Notes under the pieces: model-generated
What the model saw: the letters and a program-made list of their open reading frames with translations, nothing else
The model's database searches: none
Told to the model about the DNA's origin: nothing
Shown here: piece after piece, positions 13,153 through 28,245 of the stretch
Layout of the letters: every line of letters starts with the position of its first letter
Position numbering within the stretch: position 1 is the stretch's first letter
NCBI RefSeq assembly: GCF_001194135.2
Contig: NC_069005.1
Location: 33,008,946 to 33,072,945 of the forward strand
From: Octopus bimaculoides
Lineage: Eukaryota
Length of the DNA: 64,000 nt
Reading direction: 5' to 3'
Made by a program: the position numbers and the translations under genes

Positions 13153-13402
13153 CTTTCAAACTGGGGGATAGCAATGTGTCCAAACTAAGGGGCTTGTCCC
13201 CGTACCAAAATATCCATAATTCCTTGCCGTATGCTAACTGGTCAGGTAACCTTTGCTCTGAATTGCGTAGTACCCGTCTCCAGACACACAAGATATCTGA
13301 CTGGATACACCTCGTGTAGGAATCCAACACTGGATCATCCAGTGGGTCCACACTCACGTTATCTGCATTCAACTTACGCCATTTTATGCCGCAGAGATCA
13401 GT
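13153..13402 (-). CDS. MED13: MED13 second coding exon (250 nt, phase 0 in, phase 1 out)
   Basis: Acceptor ttttttttacag| at 13403 and donor AAG|gtaagt at 13152. Encodes TDLCGIKWRKLNADNVSVDPLDDPVLDSYTRCIQSDILCVWRRVLRNSEQRLPDQLAYGKELWIFWYGDKPLSLDTLLSPSLK, matching the MED13 N-terminal domain motifs DLxGIKW, DPxLxS(F/Y)xRC, VWRR and ELWIFW(W/Y)G. Splices in frame to 33291. Confidence 0.95.
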
Positions 13403-14957
13403 CTGTAAAAAAAACAAAAAACAAATGAGATATCATTCACAACATAGCCAGACAGAAAAGTAAACTTCTAATTCCATAAACATTTCAAGTGTTTACAATG
13501 AAAATATGTTTAGTTTTTATATTTTCAATATTGCATCAATAAAATCATTTTTTTATAAAAATTACATAATTTTTATTTCAATATAATATTAAAAAAAATA
13601 ATGCAAAAAAAAAAACATTGAGAAATATTCTAATTAAGAAATAAGATAGAGAATGACAAAGATGGTCTTGAATTTCTTACAATGAAACACATTTATAACA
13701 GATGTTGTATATTTTTTTTTAACACATCAAACATGTTGAATGATTATATCAATACCCAAACAAGATCCACCCTAAAATTTGACATCAAACAGAACTAGGA
13801 AATTAATAATAACCAGGAATGTTGCCATTTTCTCTTTTCATTTCTTTGTTTTGTTTTTTTTTAGTCTTGGAGTAAAAATCGATCCACTAAGATTGAGCAC
13901 AATTCACAAGTGCAGCTAATAATGCAACCACTGCTTGTAAAATACCTTGACACACATTGACATCGTGTTAGAACACTGATACAACAAAACTACCATAACA
14001 CAACTCCAATGAAAGCCCTCCATTCATCATTACATTAGAAATACTAGAAGGTAACTACCAAAACCATAACAGAATCTAAGAAATACTAAAGTTACACATC
14101 AAAATGACAGTTATTACAAGTCAATAAAAAGTACAAGCTAATCATGAGGTCTGTAGGCGGAGGGGGGTGCTTTATCTCTGGCTATCGAAAATGGAGAAAA
14201 ACAAAACATCAGCAATGAACCAACTGAAACCTGCTTTTTTACAAACATCTATAAAACTAATGCAATAGGACTGTTTTTCTTTTGACATCTTATCCAATTT
14301 CAATTAGAAACATCTGCAACTGCAACAATTAATTAGCAAATGTTATAGAACCGATATGTTAACCTGTGATTGACTTTCAAAAAAATCTCCACTAAAAGCT
14401 TACTAATCAAAGAGTATTTTTATTCACTTGTCCGTTTCATGTTTGTGCCTGTTTACGATTGGCAAACATCTTTAGTGGGAAAGTGTTTGAAGTGATAGTA
14501 GCCGCCACATCTATTAGTCATATTAAAAACCTGTACATAGTAGGAGTTGAATAGAAAATTCAATCAGTTGAAACAGTTACCACATCTCACTTGTAGTTTT
14601 CTTCAGATTTTTGCATTAAAAAAATAAATCTACATTTTATTTTTAACCTATGAGACCAATTGAAAAGCATAAAGGAGAATTAGCAGAAGGTAGGAACCAG
14701 AATTGTAGAATAAGCAAATCTCAACACTCCATCTTTAGTGATGTGACATTATTAATATTATTTCTAGTAATAATAATAATATTAATAAAGTTTCAGTCCA
14801 CTGACTGAAACAAGTAAAATATAAAAGATATATATATCCATTGATGACTAACTAAGGAGAAGTACTCAATACAAATGCACAGTGAACTGTTTACTTTTGG
14901 CTCATCCAGTAGCCTGTCGATCTAGAGTTGTTTCTGGGACATGCAGCCAGTTCCTCA

Positions 14958-14993
<36 letters not shown>

Positions 14994-17020
14994 ACCAATA
15001 TGAAAAGATGAAAGGGGTATAAATCAATTAAACCAACATCACTTTATCAAGTCATTGACAGGGTGTGTCGGGTGGTGTGAATAATACAGTAAACTGCTGT
15101 AGGGTTTAAACTTGCCAACATAGGACCAACCTGTCACTGCCCATTAATGCAAGCACCACTTGGTCCTTTGACACCTGAAAAAGAGTCCATTCAGATGAAG
15201 GCATTCTTTCCCAACCCATATGATAATGACCAAGGTGGACACTGGCCACATCACTCACACCAATTCAGGAGCATTGTCCCTCTTCCCTAAGTTAACTTAC
15301 AATAAACAATACAAATTAAATGCTACATTTCTAATTTTGGGAACCAATAAATCATCTTTCAAGGAGAATCTAGGGCCTCCTTCAGTGATAGCTTACTATT
15401 GTTTTTCTGTAGCTGGTAATTTCCTTTCCAAGGTGCAGGCCTGAGTAAGCTTTCTTTTGTGCAAAACAAACAGTTGACCATTCGTGCAAGTCTTCATTCC
15501 CCATATCCACTGAAGATGTCTAAGGAAAAGACAAAGAGCAACTCAACTGAGCACCAGCATCATCACAGGTAAAGAACTGAAACATTGCAAGACATCCCGT
15601 CTGATGTTCTTCCAATTGTGCCAATCCACCATGCTGGATTTGTACTTTGCTGTCAACCCCAGAAGGCTGAAAGGTTGAGTTGACTTTGGTGGGATCTGAA
15701 TTGTGTATGCAGAGAGTTGAAACAAGTATGAGGTAGTCTATCTGATACTATAAGGACTATGAATTAGTCACATTTTAGCAACTACAGACAGGATTTGGCT
15801 TCAGAATATAGCAAAATCAAATCAAATGCTGCATTTACAACAGCCCAATGCCCTAATTCTAAAAACAACAATTTTCATATCAATTTGTAATAACAAATAA
15901 AACATGTAGAAAAAATATTTCTTAAAGTATATGCATTGTCAGGTAATAAATACACACACACACAACAGAGTAGGAGAAACAGGTTTTTTTTTTAAAACAT
16001 TAATTTCTCCCCCTTAGAGTTATTTTGTAATAATGTACCAAGAAAATTTATTGGGAATTCGTTTATTCACTTGATAAAACTTTCCCACCAAGTTGTCCTG
16101 CTGCCTGACAATTATTAAGTACATTGGAATGTATATAAGTATGCTTAACATGCATTTATATATATATATATATATATATATGCAATCATTTTAATATTGT
16201 GTGCTTCCCATGCATACTGAGTCAAACAAAATTTGTTGAGGCAGATTTTCTACCACCAAATGCTCTTCTTGTCACCAACCCTCACCTGTTTCCAAAGAGA
16301 TTCCTCCGAATGCAAAATGGACAATGCCTGGACAGAAGAATGCAGGCAAACACAACTTCGCTTGGTTGATGGTGAAGTTTGTTTGCAATTGCTACACTAC
16401 GTCTCAAGGACACACACATATATGTGCATGCATCATATACCATGGGATTGAACCAGAAAATATGTAGTTACAAAGCAAACTTCCTGAATAACACAGCCAT
16501 ATCTGCACCTAACATAGAGATATATAAATACACACTCAATACAACAGATATGTATCCATAAATAAGTTAAGTGCAAAGCAGGAAACTAGTAGAGCCACTA
16601 GAGTATCAAACAAACTGCCTTGTAGTATTTATCATTGCTCTACAATCTAAGACTGAATCCTACTGTGACCTACCTGGGTCAGTTAAAACCATCACCTGGT
16701 CCTTGCGTGCTCCAGAGAAGCCTACTTGACAGCAAATATTCAAGTCAGGTCTCCAGGATACTTTTTCGTTCATAAATGCTACCAGCCATGGAGACCCTAA
16801 AAAGGTGCCGGGGGCATTATTGCCTTTCTTTCTAAGTAATATGTGTGTGTGTGTTATCTTTTACTTGTTCCAGTCATTCAACTATGGCCATGCTGAGGCA
16901 CCACTGAAAAAAAGTAAATGCTTACAGCTCCTACATTTCCCAAACCGTCAGCCATCAAAGTTACTAACTAGGGTCAACACTGCTTAATTTTGTTGACTGG
17001 ATGAAAACTAATGTTATCAG

Positions 17021-17066
<46 letters not shown>

Positions 17067-17972
17067 ATACATAATACATGCAGGGGTATACATATAATAT
17101 GTACACAAGTATACATATATATAATTATTTTATATTTCAGTAATTAAATTTAATAAATATGCATTGTAAGATAGCAAATTTAAAATGCAAATTGATTTGG
17201 CTCCAGTCTAATTAACCCAAAATAGAGTGGACCACAATAATTGAGTAATGAACACTCATGAATGATCTCTGTCTCCACAACAAATATATATGTATAATAT
17301 ACACACGCAAACGCACATATATCATGGTCAGAGGAAGGAAAATCAGCAAGATGGCTGACACCATAGGGGCAGGTTAGGGGGAAAGAAACATAAAAAATCT
17401 CCCTCAAATTTGAAGGAGCAAACTAGGAGGGAGAGTAGGTGGAAATGATAGTGCAGACAATTGAAAAGGTCATTTGGTTCTGATCTGTGCTGTTTTACTG
17501 AGGAGGACAGCAAATAAAATAGACTTGAAAAGACAAATCTTCTCACCACCACCACCACCACCACCACCAGCTCACTCATACAGGAAGTCTACTGCACTGT
17601 AGTATATATGTATATAGTTAACAATTAAAGGTGATCCAGAAGAAGGCAGACATAGTGAAGGAAGAGGAGAAAGATGGGGGGGGTTATATACGAATGACTA
17701 AATGTAAATGAGATGCAAGTATTTTTTTTGCATTTCTTTTTTTTTTTTCACACCTTATAATTTCGCTGTATATTGTTAAAAAAGAAAAAAATGGAAACAA
17801 AATGGAATTTGTAAACCATTGAGGAAGAAAGTAGACAGGACTTAAAGAAAATGAAACGGTCTCAACATGTTTAGTTATGTTCCTTCACGCTTCAAGTTCA
17901 ACTCTCAGCACCATGGTGAAAGGCTAGTGGGGTGGTGTACCAGTAATATATTAGGTTTGATTCAGTTTACTA

Positions 17973-18063
17973 NNNNNNNNNNNNNNNNNNNNNNNNNNNN
18001 NNNNNNNNNNNNNNNNNNNNNNNNNNNNNNNNNNNNNNNNNNNNNNNNNNNNNNNNNNNNNNN
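17973..18063. other. Assembly gap (N run)
   Basis: N run abutting a (TA)n tract. Confidence 0.98.
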
Positions 18064-18064
18064 N

Positions 18065-18101
<37 letters not shown>

Positions 18102-18337
18102 AAACATATATATAAACACTTGTGACAAGTATGACAAGAAATGGTGACAGGTAAGATATGGTGAAGAGATATGAAACAGGAGAGGTGGTGGGTGGACCAG
18201 AGATAAAGAAAGTGTGAGATTAGAGGGGGAAGAGTAGGAATTCATGAAGTGATCGAAACAAAAGTGGGAACAGGTAGGTGTAAAGTGTAAAATAGGGACT
18301 TGATAGAAGAGAGAGAGAGAGAGGGGAATATATATAT

Positions 18338-18596
18338 CATCATCGTTTAATGTCCACTTTCCATGCTGGAATTGGTTGGACAGTTTCACTGTGGACTGGT
18401 GAGCCAGAGGCTGCACCAGGCTCAATCTGATCTGGCAAAGTTTCTACAGCTGGATGCCCTTCCTAATGCCAACCACTCCAAGAGTGTAGTGGGTGCTTTT
18501 ACATGACACCGGCATGAGGGCCAGTCAGGCGGTTCTAGCAACGACCACACTCAAAAGGTGTTTTTTACATGCTACCTGCATGAGAGCCAGTCCAAT
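18338..18596. mobile_element. Abundant (CAT)n-associated repeat family D (catcatcgtttaatgtccactttccatgct...ggatgcccttcctaatgccaaccac)
   Basis: Related copies or fragments at about 16225, 19385, 21190, 26390, 27265, 28340, 42575, 43385, 51450, 52955 and 55430. Confidence 0.75.
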
Positions 18597-18794
18597 TCAG
18601 AAAAAAAAAAAAAGCAGGTATTTGGAGAAAAAAGCAAGTATTTGCAGAAAAAAATTGTAGGGTCATAGAGAGTGAGAGATGAGATGTAAATGTTCCAAGA
18701 GTAGAAAGCAAAACAGGAGAAAACGAAAGAGAAAGTACACTTGTAGAGAAGAAATATAAATAAGTAATGATATTTTAATAATGACAATAATAAT

Positions 18795-19011
18795 AATCTT
18801 TTCTAGTCTAGGCACAAGGCCTGAAATTTGGTGAGAGGAGGCCAGTCGATTAGATCAACCCCAGTGTGCAACTGGTACATATTTCATTGACCCTGAAAGG
18901 ATGAAAGGCAAAGTCGACCTCAGCAGAATTTGAACTCAGAACATAAAGACAGACGAAATATGGCTAAGCATTTTGCCCGGCGTGCTAACAATTCTGCCAG
19001 CTCACTGCATT
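18795..19011 (-). mobile_element. SINE family A, full-length well-preserved copy
   Basis: Reverse complement has an A-box-like GCTGGCAGAAT, B-box GAGTTCAAATTC, core gactttgcctttcatcctttcagggtcaatg and an (ATT)n tail. Confidence 0.85.
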
Positions 19012-19496
19012 GATAATGATAATAATAATAATAATAATAATAGTAGTGTTTCACAGAACATTATGTTTCATGAGCCATTAAAGTAGGACTGAGATTTCAT
19101 TGGACAGGAGTCAGTTTACAACCCAACTCTATCACTTTCCCCAGAGGACTTTAAAATTGGAGTACAAAACAGTGATATTAAGTAATACACAGGCATTTAT
19201 TTATATATTTAGATTGCTTTTAAGTCTCCTTCAGTTTTGATTCCTCCGAGGGTTCGATAAACTGTGCACCAATCAAATACCAAGATTACTGGAATCCAGT
19301 GGTATTCCTCTGAAATATTTCAATACATAACAAAACTTGGGAGTTTGTATCCACAAATGGCTGATTAGATTTTAGAGAATACTAAACCATCATCATTTAA
19401 CATCCACCTTCCATGCTGTCATGGGTGGTGGGACACTTAATTTATCGCTGCACCACCTCATTTATAAAAGTAAGTTTGTCTCTGTACTAAAGCTAG

Positions 19497-19697
19497 AAAT
19501 AATGGTTTCAAAATATGGCAAAAGGCCAGCAATTTGGAGCAGGAGAGGGTACGTCGGCTTCAGTACTCAACTGGCACTTACTTTATCCACCCTGAAAGAA
19601 TAAAGGGCAAAGTCAACCTCAGCAGAATTTGAACTCAAAATATATTACAGTAATTGAATTTAATTGCCAGTAATTGCTAACAATTCTGCCAGCTCCC
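19497..19697 (-). mobile_element. SINE family A copy
   Basis: caaaaggccagcaattt...ctcaactggcacttac...gggcaaagtcaacctcagcagaatttgaactc...ctaacaattctgccagc. Confidence 0.7.
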
Positions 19698-21429
19698 CAT
19701 TACTGGGGTTAGGGTAGGTTCCTTGATTGAAGCTAGATGGATGTCCTTTCTTGGGTCACCACAGTTTGTTTCTATTTTTCCATTCTGGGGTTAAACAACT
19801 TTTTATTTAATTCATTACAACACACCATTAGTGTGTGTGCATATATGTGAGTGTGTGAGTATGCGTGTATCTTTTACTTGTTTCAGTCACTGGACTGCGG
19901 CCATGCTGGGTCTCTACCTTGAAGGGTTTAATTGAACAAATCGACCCCAATACTTATATGTAACAAATAAACATACACAGGGATATAGTACTATTAATCT
20001 GTTGCTACTAACTTTAACTTTCTATAGCCTGAAGATGGCAACATGATAACCTCATGTACAGGAGGACACTGATCTGTTGCAAGATTCCATGGTGATTTGA
20101 GGCCTTTTCTCTAGTCTCCAGATGGGCACACATATCAACAGATTTAAACAGTCATATGCACACAGAAATATCAACATCTCTTTATATGTATATATGTATT
20201 TTATATATATATGTAAATTTCTCAATAATCATGATATTCAATAAATGAAGAGATCTCAGCTGGTTTCTGTGGTCCAGCTCCAAGTATGAAACAACAATCT
20301 AGAGAGAGAGAGAGAGAGACAAACAGGTCAAAGATCTGAGAGTAAAGTCGGTAGAAAGTAGAACAACTGTGAGAGTGAATCAGCACTAAAAGACATCTGT
20401 TGAGAACAAGCAGAGTTACCTGAGTTATGTTCTGGAAAGGGTAGGGGGGGGGGTATTATTCAATTGTTGAAATACCATCCCAAATTTAGAACAACAACAA
20501 TAACAAAATAGTTATACAATTACATGGGTACACCCACACATATCTGACAGTAGTAAAAGGTAAATGAACTAGACATGTAACAAGCTGAAGACATAAAAAT
20601 TTCAAGTCAGCCTCTTAGCAATTACAGTGCATGTGGGCACCACCCAGGTAGCAGTGTCGAATGAACATACGAGGAAGCCTCTTGACTGTTTAGAAAGAGT
20701 AGCCAAATCTTTTTCTGTCTCGCTCTCTCAGATTACACCTCAGTCTTTAAAAAAGTCATTGGACAATGTAGCTTTCCTAGAAACACTGACACATGAGATT
20801 GTCATGTGCAGAACACCTGACATCAGAGATCTGCTAGAGCAGAGCAGACCAAGGCCCAAGCAACAAGAATAGCAGAAAATGCAGCGAGTTGGCCAAATTC
20901 TCTAAAAAAACAATGAATGGGAAGAAATATGCCTTCCTGTAAAGATAGGTGTTAGAGGATTTGTGTTCATCACACACACACTGCAATGAACTTCAAGTGC
21001 ACAGCCAGCATATTTTCACAGTGATGTAAATGAGGGGATGTCTGTCACCTCTATACTCTTCATCCCACTTTGATTTCTTTAGTGGTATTGGTGCCATGGG
21101 TCAAAGAGATTCCAGCATTATTCTACATCGCCATTCTGTTACTTCATAAGATGTGTTCTTCGTGGTAATGAAAAATTGCACACGCATACATCATCATTTC
21201 ATCATCCTTGTTTTACCAACCACTTTTGCTGCTCACATAAGTCAGATCGAATTAGTTGAGGAAAATTTTCTATAGCCTGATGCCCTTCCTGTCACCAAGT
21301 CTCACTTGTTTCCAAGCAAGGTAATAATATGACCAGACATGTTTCATGGAAGATTGGAAACAAAAGACACCGCTTGCATGACAGTGACACTTGTTTACAA
21401 CTATCACACAGAAGTCAATGTAAGGAGGT

Positions 21430-21602
21430 AAGGAGATAGTAACACAAACACACAGAAGACTTCTTATTAAATCTAACCACAAGGCTTTGGTTGACCCCAA
21501 GGCTATAGCAGAAGACAGTTGCCAAGGAGCCACACAGTGGGACTGAACCTGAAACCATGTGGTTTGGAAGCAAACTTCTTGCTACACAGCTATGCCTGCA
21601 CC
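21430..21602 (-). mobile_element. SINE family B head, reverse orientation
   Basis: aaggctttggttgaccccaaggctatagcagaagacagttgccaagg...gactgaacctgaaaccatgtggtttggaagcaaacttctt. Confidence 0.75.
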
Positions 21603-22447
21603 TATACAATGCAATGTGTGTACATTGAAACGCCTGTAAAGACAATTACCATAAGTGAAAAGGATTCACACCACAACATCCAAACCAACCAGGTCATGGA
21701 GGATGGATTTTGCCTGGCTTTGCTGACATCTCCTGGTTCAATGTGATTGTTTCATGTGTGTGTACCTGCATTATACATGTATTTACACACACACAGGTAA
21801 ATACATAAATATACACATATATATAATTATAAACATTATATACATACTACTTACACACAGCACATGTAATATATGCTTATACTGTATATATATGTATACA
21901 TAGATGTCTGCATTTCCTATACATAAATTATATAGGTCTGTGTATGGAATGTGTGCATGTGTCACACAAATACACTCAAACATTTACACATATAGACAGT
22001 TCATATATACAATAAGTTCGGTCTTGTTTATAGTCGTAGCTGAATCTCTTATACACCTGAAAGAACCACCGAATTACAAGATGCAAGACAAACACTATAA
22101 CCAACTACAATAGTTTCAACAACACAAACATAATAAACCTGTTTGTAACAAGATAATATAAGTCATTGAACCTGCTAGAAATAGCAGGGAAAAGATAGGA
22201 TGGTCATTTCTGGAACACCATAGGTTTCCTTGATCAGGGTTGCAAACAAGGAAGCCCTACACATAGTCACTAGACCTAGTAGATACAGCAACCAACTTTC
22301 ATTCTAATGTCTTGGAAAAGAATATATATTGGTCAATAGAGTCCAAAGTGTTTTGTGCCTGGTAAAAAGAGGGAATGCCGATTTTGTCCAAGCACTAATG
22401 ATTTTACCAACTTACTGCCTTAATAACTATGTGTGTGTGTGTGTGTG

Positions 22448-22486
<39 letters not shown>

Positions 22487-25369
22487 CACCAGTTTTTATA
22501 AACAAATAGGGATCTTCACAACCAATGCACGCTATGAAGGAAATATATAATGTAAACAATCCAGATAGAAAAAAAAACTCAATACAATGAAAGTAAAATG
22601 ATAAATTACACACACACACTAGCATGCGTGTAAACATATAGTGAAGCACTACCACAGAGCTACTATGCATCCATATTTCAATGCTAGCAAAAGCATGATG
22701 AATTAACAAAAATTAGATGATTTCAAAGAGAGATTTCACTGTCCTATTGCTCACAATTCCCAGCTGTTGAAGTAAGGTAGAACAATGTCATTAACCAAGC
22801 AAGCAGAAAAAATGTGACAATATGCCTTGCTTGAGAGGGCAAAGCACATTGGGTTTAGCCACGGGGTCTACCGAATCCAGTTGATTAACTCTCATAGAGA
22901 ATATCATTGTTTGGCATATTTATTCTCAAGTCTTTGATAACACAGATTAACTATGTAGTAGTAGTAGCAATAGTAAAGAAGGTTAGGAAAGTATGACAAT
23001 ATCTGTTTGGGACAAGGTTATCATTGATGCAAAAGTAGTCAATGAAATGGAACCTAACGAGAAAAAAAGTATCATTAGGAATAGGATTTTTTCATGAAAG
23101 TAGAGTTGTACAAAATTGTTTAACATTAGCAAATATCTATGCACATGTGCATTATGTATAAACACCTATTTGTATGTTTATGCACATATCAGACATATAA
23201 ATATATATGAAGGCAGTGCTTAAGCATGGCCTTAATGCTTGTTAATGGCTAAAACAAATTATATATGTAATATGTGTGTGTGCATGTATGTCTGTACCTA
23301 TCGACAAGCCAATACTGCTTCAGTCATTAACACAACCAGCAGCCTATCAAACATTACCAACAGACACTACTATTTGCTTTGCAGATTCCCCTGTCACACA
23401 CAATCATAGAAACTGTTGAGTAATCATAAACGCATCTTCTCCTCCATCTCGCACACACTTTTCTTTGTTACCTCTTGTACCCTCGCATAACCTTTCTTCT
23501 AGCCAACCATTTCTCTGTCTCTTTTCAGTATATCATCTTACCAAGTCTTCTTTCCTCAATTTCTCGCTCTGAAATTATTCGTGTCATGTGGCACGACCTG
23601 CTTCTCGGCAGGAAGGTCAGCCTTTTTGTAAATCGACCTTTTGCACCTGGAGCAAAATTGTCTTTTCTCACTGAGCAAGGCAATCACCACGAATAATTAA
23701 ATACAATCAAGATGGTCAGTTAATCATACTGACAACATTTAATACACTAATGAACACACACACAGAGCTACCAAAGTAATGCAAAAACGGGTGGATACTT
23801 CTAAGTTTGGTCTTATAGCAAATTTAGTAGTACTGGCAATAAAAAAGAGTGTTTCCCCAATACCATCACTTATGTCCAACACTACAGTAAAAAACAAAGG
23901 GAGAATATGGAATGCAAAATCATTTGTTTTCTCTTTAATCAAGAGGAAGGGGGGGGGGGCAAAAAATTTCACTGATATAGAAGAGGGTGATTGTCACTTT
24001 GAGAACCACATGTCTTTAGAACATCAGAGTTTGGAACCCGATCAAAGAAGAAGAGTAACATAACTGTACACATAGCCAACTAGTTCGGTTAGGGCAGTAG
24101 CTGAGAAACTCAGGTATTTCCTGGGAGGTGGGAAGTTGGCTTAAATAGAGATTCCCATATTATTAAAATTAATCTTTATTGTGACGATAATATTTCTACA
24201 GATTTCTTCTTCATAACCGTCAGTATAAAATCCCAGCTCTGAATGAGGACCATACAGTAGTTTCATACAAAACTACGAGTTGCTTAATACATGCTTTTTG
24301 TTTTAAGATGGCAGGATGTGATTCAAGGGAATTGGCTGTTATTTCTAAAAGCTCAAACAAGAAGTAATCCAGGTTCCTTAACCATTTGTCTGTTCTGTGT
24401 GCCATGTGTGATACATAGGACACATTTTCCAGGAATCCCTGCATCATATACAATATACACTCCCTTTTTTTAATTTTTTTTTTTTCCGACCACCAGAGTA
24501 ACATGAGACTTATGCAAGGAAAGCTTTATATTATTCAAAATACATGAAACAAAGGCTTAACTAAAAGTCTGAAAACAAGCATGAACATTTTAGGACAAAC
24601 TTGTGAAAATGTTTTGGACAGGTAAAGGGTAAAATAGAACAAAACTTAACTATTTTGAAAAGATTACTAGTTTTAAAATTCCTTCATTGTCCACAATGAT
24701 TGTGTGCATGTGCCTCTGTGTGTGTGTGTGTTACATACAAACAATTTATTAAGTCAATAGAAGTTTATCTAGGATCCACAGCCCAAATATTTCACACACA
24801 CATACATATTCATGCAATAGGCAGCAACTTAAACTGCTAGCACAAAGAGATCTAACAGGTGTATTACACACAACTAAAGCAAGTCATGCTGTACAACTGA
24901 ACCAACACCAAACACACTCCTTGCTCTGTCACTGCAAGAAAGGAGAGTGTGTGTGTGTGGGGGGGGAACCGGCTATGAAGGTAGGAGGGAAGAATCTTAA
25001 TATTGGGAGGTGGGAGTAGTTTGCTGCAGTAAAATGATTTTTCTACCTCAGTACATACATGTTTGCTAGGAAGACAATAAAATCAATGGCAATGAATCTA
25101 GGTTATCTATCTGGCATGATATAGAAATAGCAAAAACAACCAAAACAAATAAATACATAATAAATAACGTTTGTAATCCTCCACACAGCAACACACCAAA
25201 CCTCATAACACAGTTTATGTAAGGAAGGGTATTAGGAAATATACACACACACACACATAAATATATACACACCTGCACGCACGTATATAGGTGTACATAT
25301 ACATGTATATTACACATATTTACATACATAGTTATACATATACATGCGTGTGAATATATACATACATAA

Positions 25370-25413
<44 letters not shown>

Positions 25414-26099
25414 TCATACATACATACACATTATATTTGTAAATAAATCCCCGATTACGCTCAAGTTTGATCTTTTACATTAAGGATTTTTCCATATTCC
25501 TTTCTAAGTCCTTTACATTCTTAAAATCCATTAACAGACTATCTCATCTTCATCCTCAGAATAAAATCTGTAGAATGACGTTTTCAAGTACTTTGCATTG
25601 GGTTACAAAGGATCAGATGAACAGTGGTGAATTTTCATTCTCTTTTCTTCCCCCCCCCCCCCCCACACAAAGCCAGATTTTAAAATTGTTTCACAATAAA
25701 GTTCAGTTATTTTCATTGGTAAATTCCATCTGTTGAATTTTGACCAATATGTTTTTGATCAGCAAAGTTCCTGGAGACACTCATCTCACCGAATGGGGGA
25801 ATTCCATATGGAATTGTGCTGTTTGCTATTGTTTTTCTATCAATTTTTAGTGCATGTACACTATTTACTGTATTTGCAAGAGCTTCTTGTAAAATGCAAG
25901 GCCAAACATCCAGAAAGTGTTGTACTTGTATGACCCAAGAAGCAGTTTGATTCATGATGTTTACAACTCCTCTGCTTCCATTGCAATCGAGATATGACAC
26001 TGATAATTTGAAGAACATTCTGCAATTTGTTGGGTTTGAGCTAACAGAGATTTTTCTTTCTAATATTTATGTAATGTAGATGCAGGCTTGAACATGTGA

Positions 26100-26213
26100 A
26101 TAAGAGGCTCATTTCTCAACCATAGGTTCAGCTTGGACAGATGTGTTCGGCTATAGCCCCAGAATGACCGAAGTTTTGAGAGTGGATTTGAAGACAGAAA
26201 CTAAAAGAAACCT

Positions 26214-26220
<7 letters not shown>
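26100..26220 (-). mobile_element. SINE family B head, partial, reverse orientation
   Basis: cttggacagatgtgttcggctatagcccc... adjacent to gagtggatttgaagacagaaactaaaagaaacc. Internal orientation looks rearranged. Confidence 0.45.
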
Positions 26221-26244
<24 letters not shown>

Positions 26245-27411
26245 ATGCAAGCAGGGAAAATGGATGGTAAATGATGATAATGGTGATGTGGGTGTGTATA
26301 CCCTTGTCTTGGCATTGCATGCTGGTTGTAAAATGCATGTCATTGATATACTATGTTCACTTCCAATTTTTTTATGAAAAACACATCTGACCATGAGGAA
26401 ATACTACCTTGCTTGGAAACAGGAAGGAGATCCAGCCGTAGAAATACTACGGTAACAAATTTTGTCTGACCCAAGCAAGATTAGCGATATATTTGCATAC
26501 CTGTGTGTATGTTTGTATAATTGATTTCATATTTGCCCTCCTATATTCCCAGGCATTTCACTCCTCGGTTCAAAAACACTGGATTCCACTAATGAAATGA
26601 TTAGCTTGCAGTGCATTGCAGAAGCCTGTCCAGGCTTGACATACCTTAGCACTATTTATGACATTCGTAAACAAAAGGTCCATTTCAGTGTCTGTTTCCA
26701 GTTCTCCACAGAATGTATATCCAGGCTTGTTTGCTGCCCGACAGAATGCAAGATATTACCTGTCTTGGAAACGGGTTGGTGGTTGACAACAGGAAGAGCA
26801 TTTGGCTATAGAAAACTCTTACCCAGCACTTTCTCATTTGACCCACGTAAACATGGAAAAGTAGTCATTAAAACGATGATGATTCAAGGAGTTTGTGGCT
26901 GTACTTCATTACATGTGGTTACACTTTTTACTCCTGAGTTTCTTGCTTGAATATTTTAGTTAAGGAAAACATTTACTGTGGCAGTTTCAGTGAAAATTAC
27001 TCAATATTCCAGTAGGATAATTTTCAAATCTAGCATTTGTAGAACTTTGATCATCATCATTACTCAAAGAACCAACAAAAACCAAACAGGAAGCAATGGT
27101 CTTAACAAAGAATTGAAATTCATCATGAAAATATGTGCACACATATCGATGTGTATGTTTATCAACATTGTTATAGTTACTTTCTGTATCTACTTGGGCA
27201 GAAGGAATTTTCTTGTACACATATTCTTCTTCCATTCCATCTTGTACACATATTCTTCCATTCCATCTTGTTTCAAAGCAAGGTAATATTTCTCCCGGAT
27301 GGATATGTTCCCACAGAAGAATAGAAAGAAATAACACTGCTTGTATGAGTGACGCATCTTTAAAAACATCAAGTGATACCAAATCAAGGAATCAAAGACA
27401 CACACATATCA

Positions 27412-27660
27412 ATATTCTTATTTTGCTGTACTTAATGACATTTGTGATGTCATCTACATTGACTATAAAGAGAAGTGGACCCAAAGCAGTCCCTTGGGAA
27501 ACACCACTGGTGACCTTAGTTGGGCTTGAATGGATTCCATCAATCAGAATTGGCTGGGTTCTGTTTGCCAGGTAAGGCTTGACCCAGGGCAGTAGTTTAC
27601 TAGAGATTGCAATATTGGACAATTTGAATAGTAGGATATTGCAACCAATTCTGTCAAAGA
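27412..27660 (-). mobile_element. CR1-like LINE reverse transcriptase fragment
   Basis: Translates FDRIGCNILLFKLSNIAISSKLLPWVKPYLANRTQPILIDGIHSSPTKVTSGVSQGTALGPLLFIVNVDDITNVIKYSKIRI, matching the CR1-group motifs W..SYL..R.Q.V and VTSGVPQG..LGPLLF. Truncated just before FADD. Confidence 0.85.
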
Positions 27661-28099
27661 TTTCTCACACACACACATACATATAAACATTATAATATTA
27701 GTGTTCAAGCCAGCACCAAACACTTTAAGGATATACTCAAGGTGATACAAAAGCTATGTTAAGCAGCCGTTTTATATAAATATGATGGAATCTCCTGTTG
27801 AAGATGACGTACGAACACTCAGTTTTTGCAGAATGATCTGTGCAGAATGGTTTGTTCGTAAGCAATCAAATGTATGTCCTGTACATCAGCACACTCCTTC
27901 CATCAAATTGACATTACCTGAACAGGTGCAAGGTGTACCACACATCAAGTTTCAAAGTGACACAGTGTCGCAAGGTGAAGTGTTTTGCTCAAGAACACAA
28001 CACACCAACTGGTCCAAGAAATGAAACCATGATCTCACAATCATGAGTGCAACTCCCTAACCACTAGGTTATGCACTCCCATATATGTACAAATATATA

Positions 28100-28209
28100 T
28101 TCATATCAATATATACACATTTATATATATATGCATGCACATATTTGTATACATACATAAGTATATGTAAGTATATATTATATATATGAACATACTTGTA
28201 TACATACAT

Positions 28210-28245
<36 letters not shown>

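Noticed and set aside
13328-13344. 8-bp hairpin CACTGGAT-C-ATCCAGTG in MED13 exon 2
   Set aside because: Short and largely dictated by the codons for PLDDPV. Too small to claim as an editing structure.
25800-25815. Perfect 16-bp palindrome AATTCCATATGGAATT
   Set aside because: About one such palindrome is expected by chance in 64 kb of AT-rich DNA, and there is no supporting context.
27212-27274. 26-29-bp local tandem duplication (cttgtacacatattcttc...cattccat)
   Set aside because: Ordinary slippage duplication at the edge of a family D repeat.
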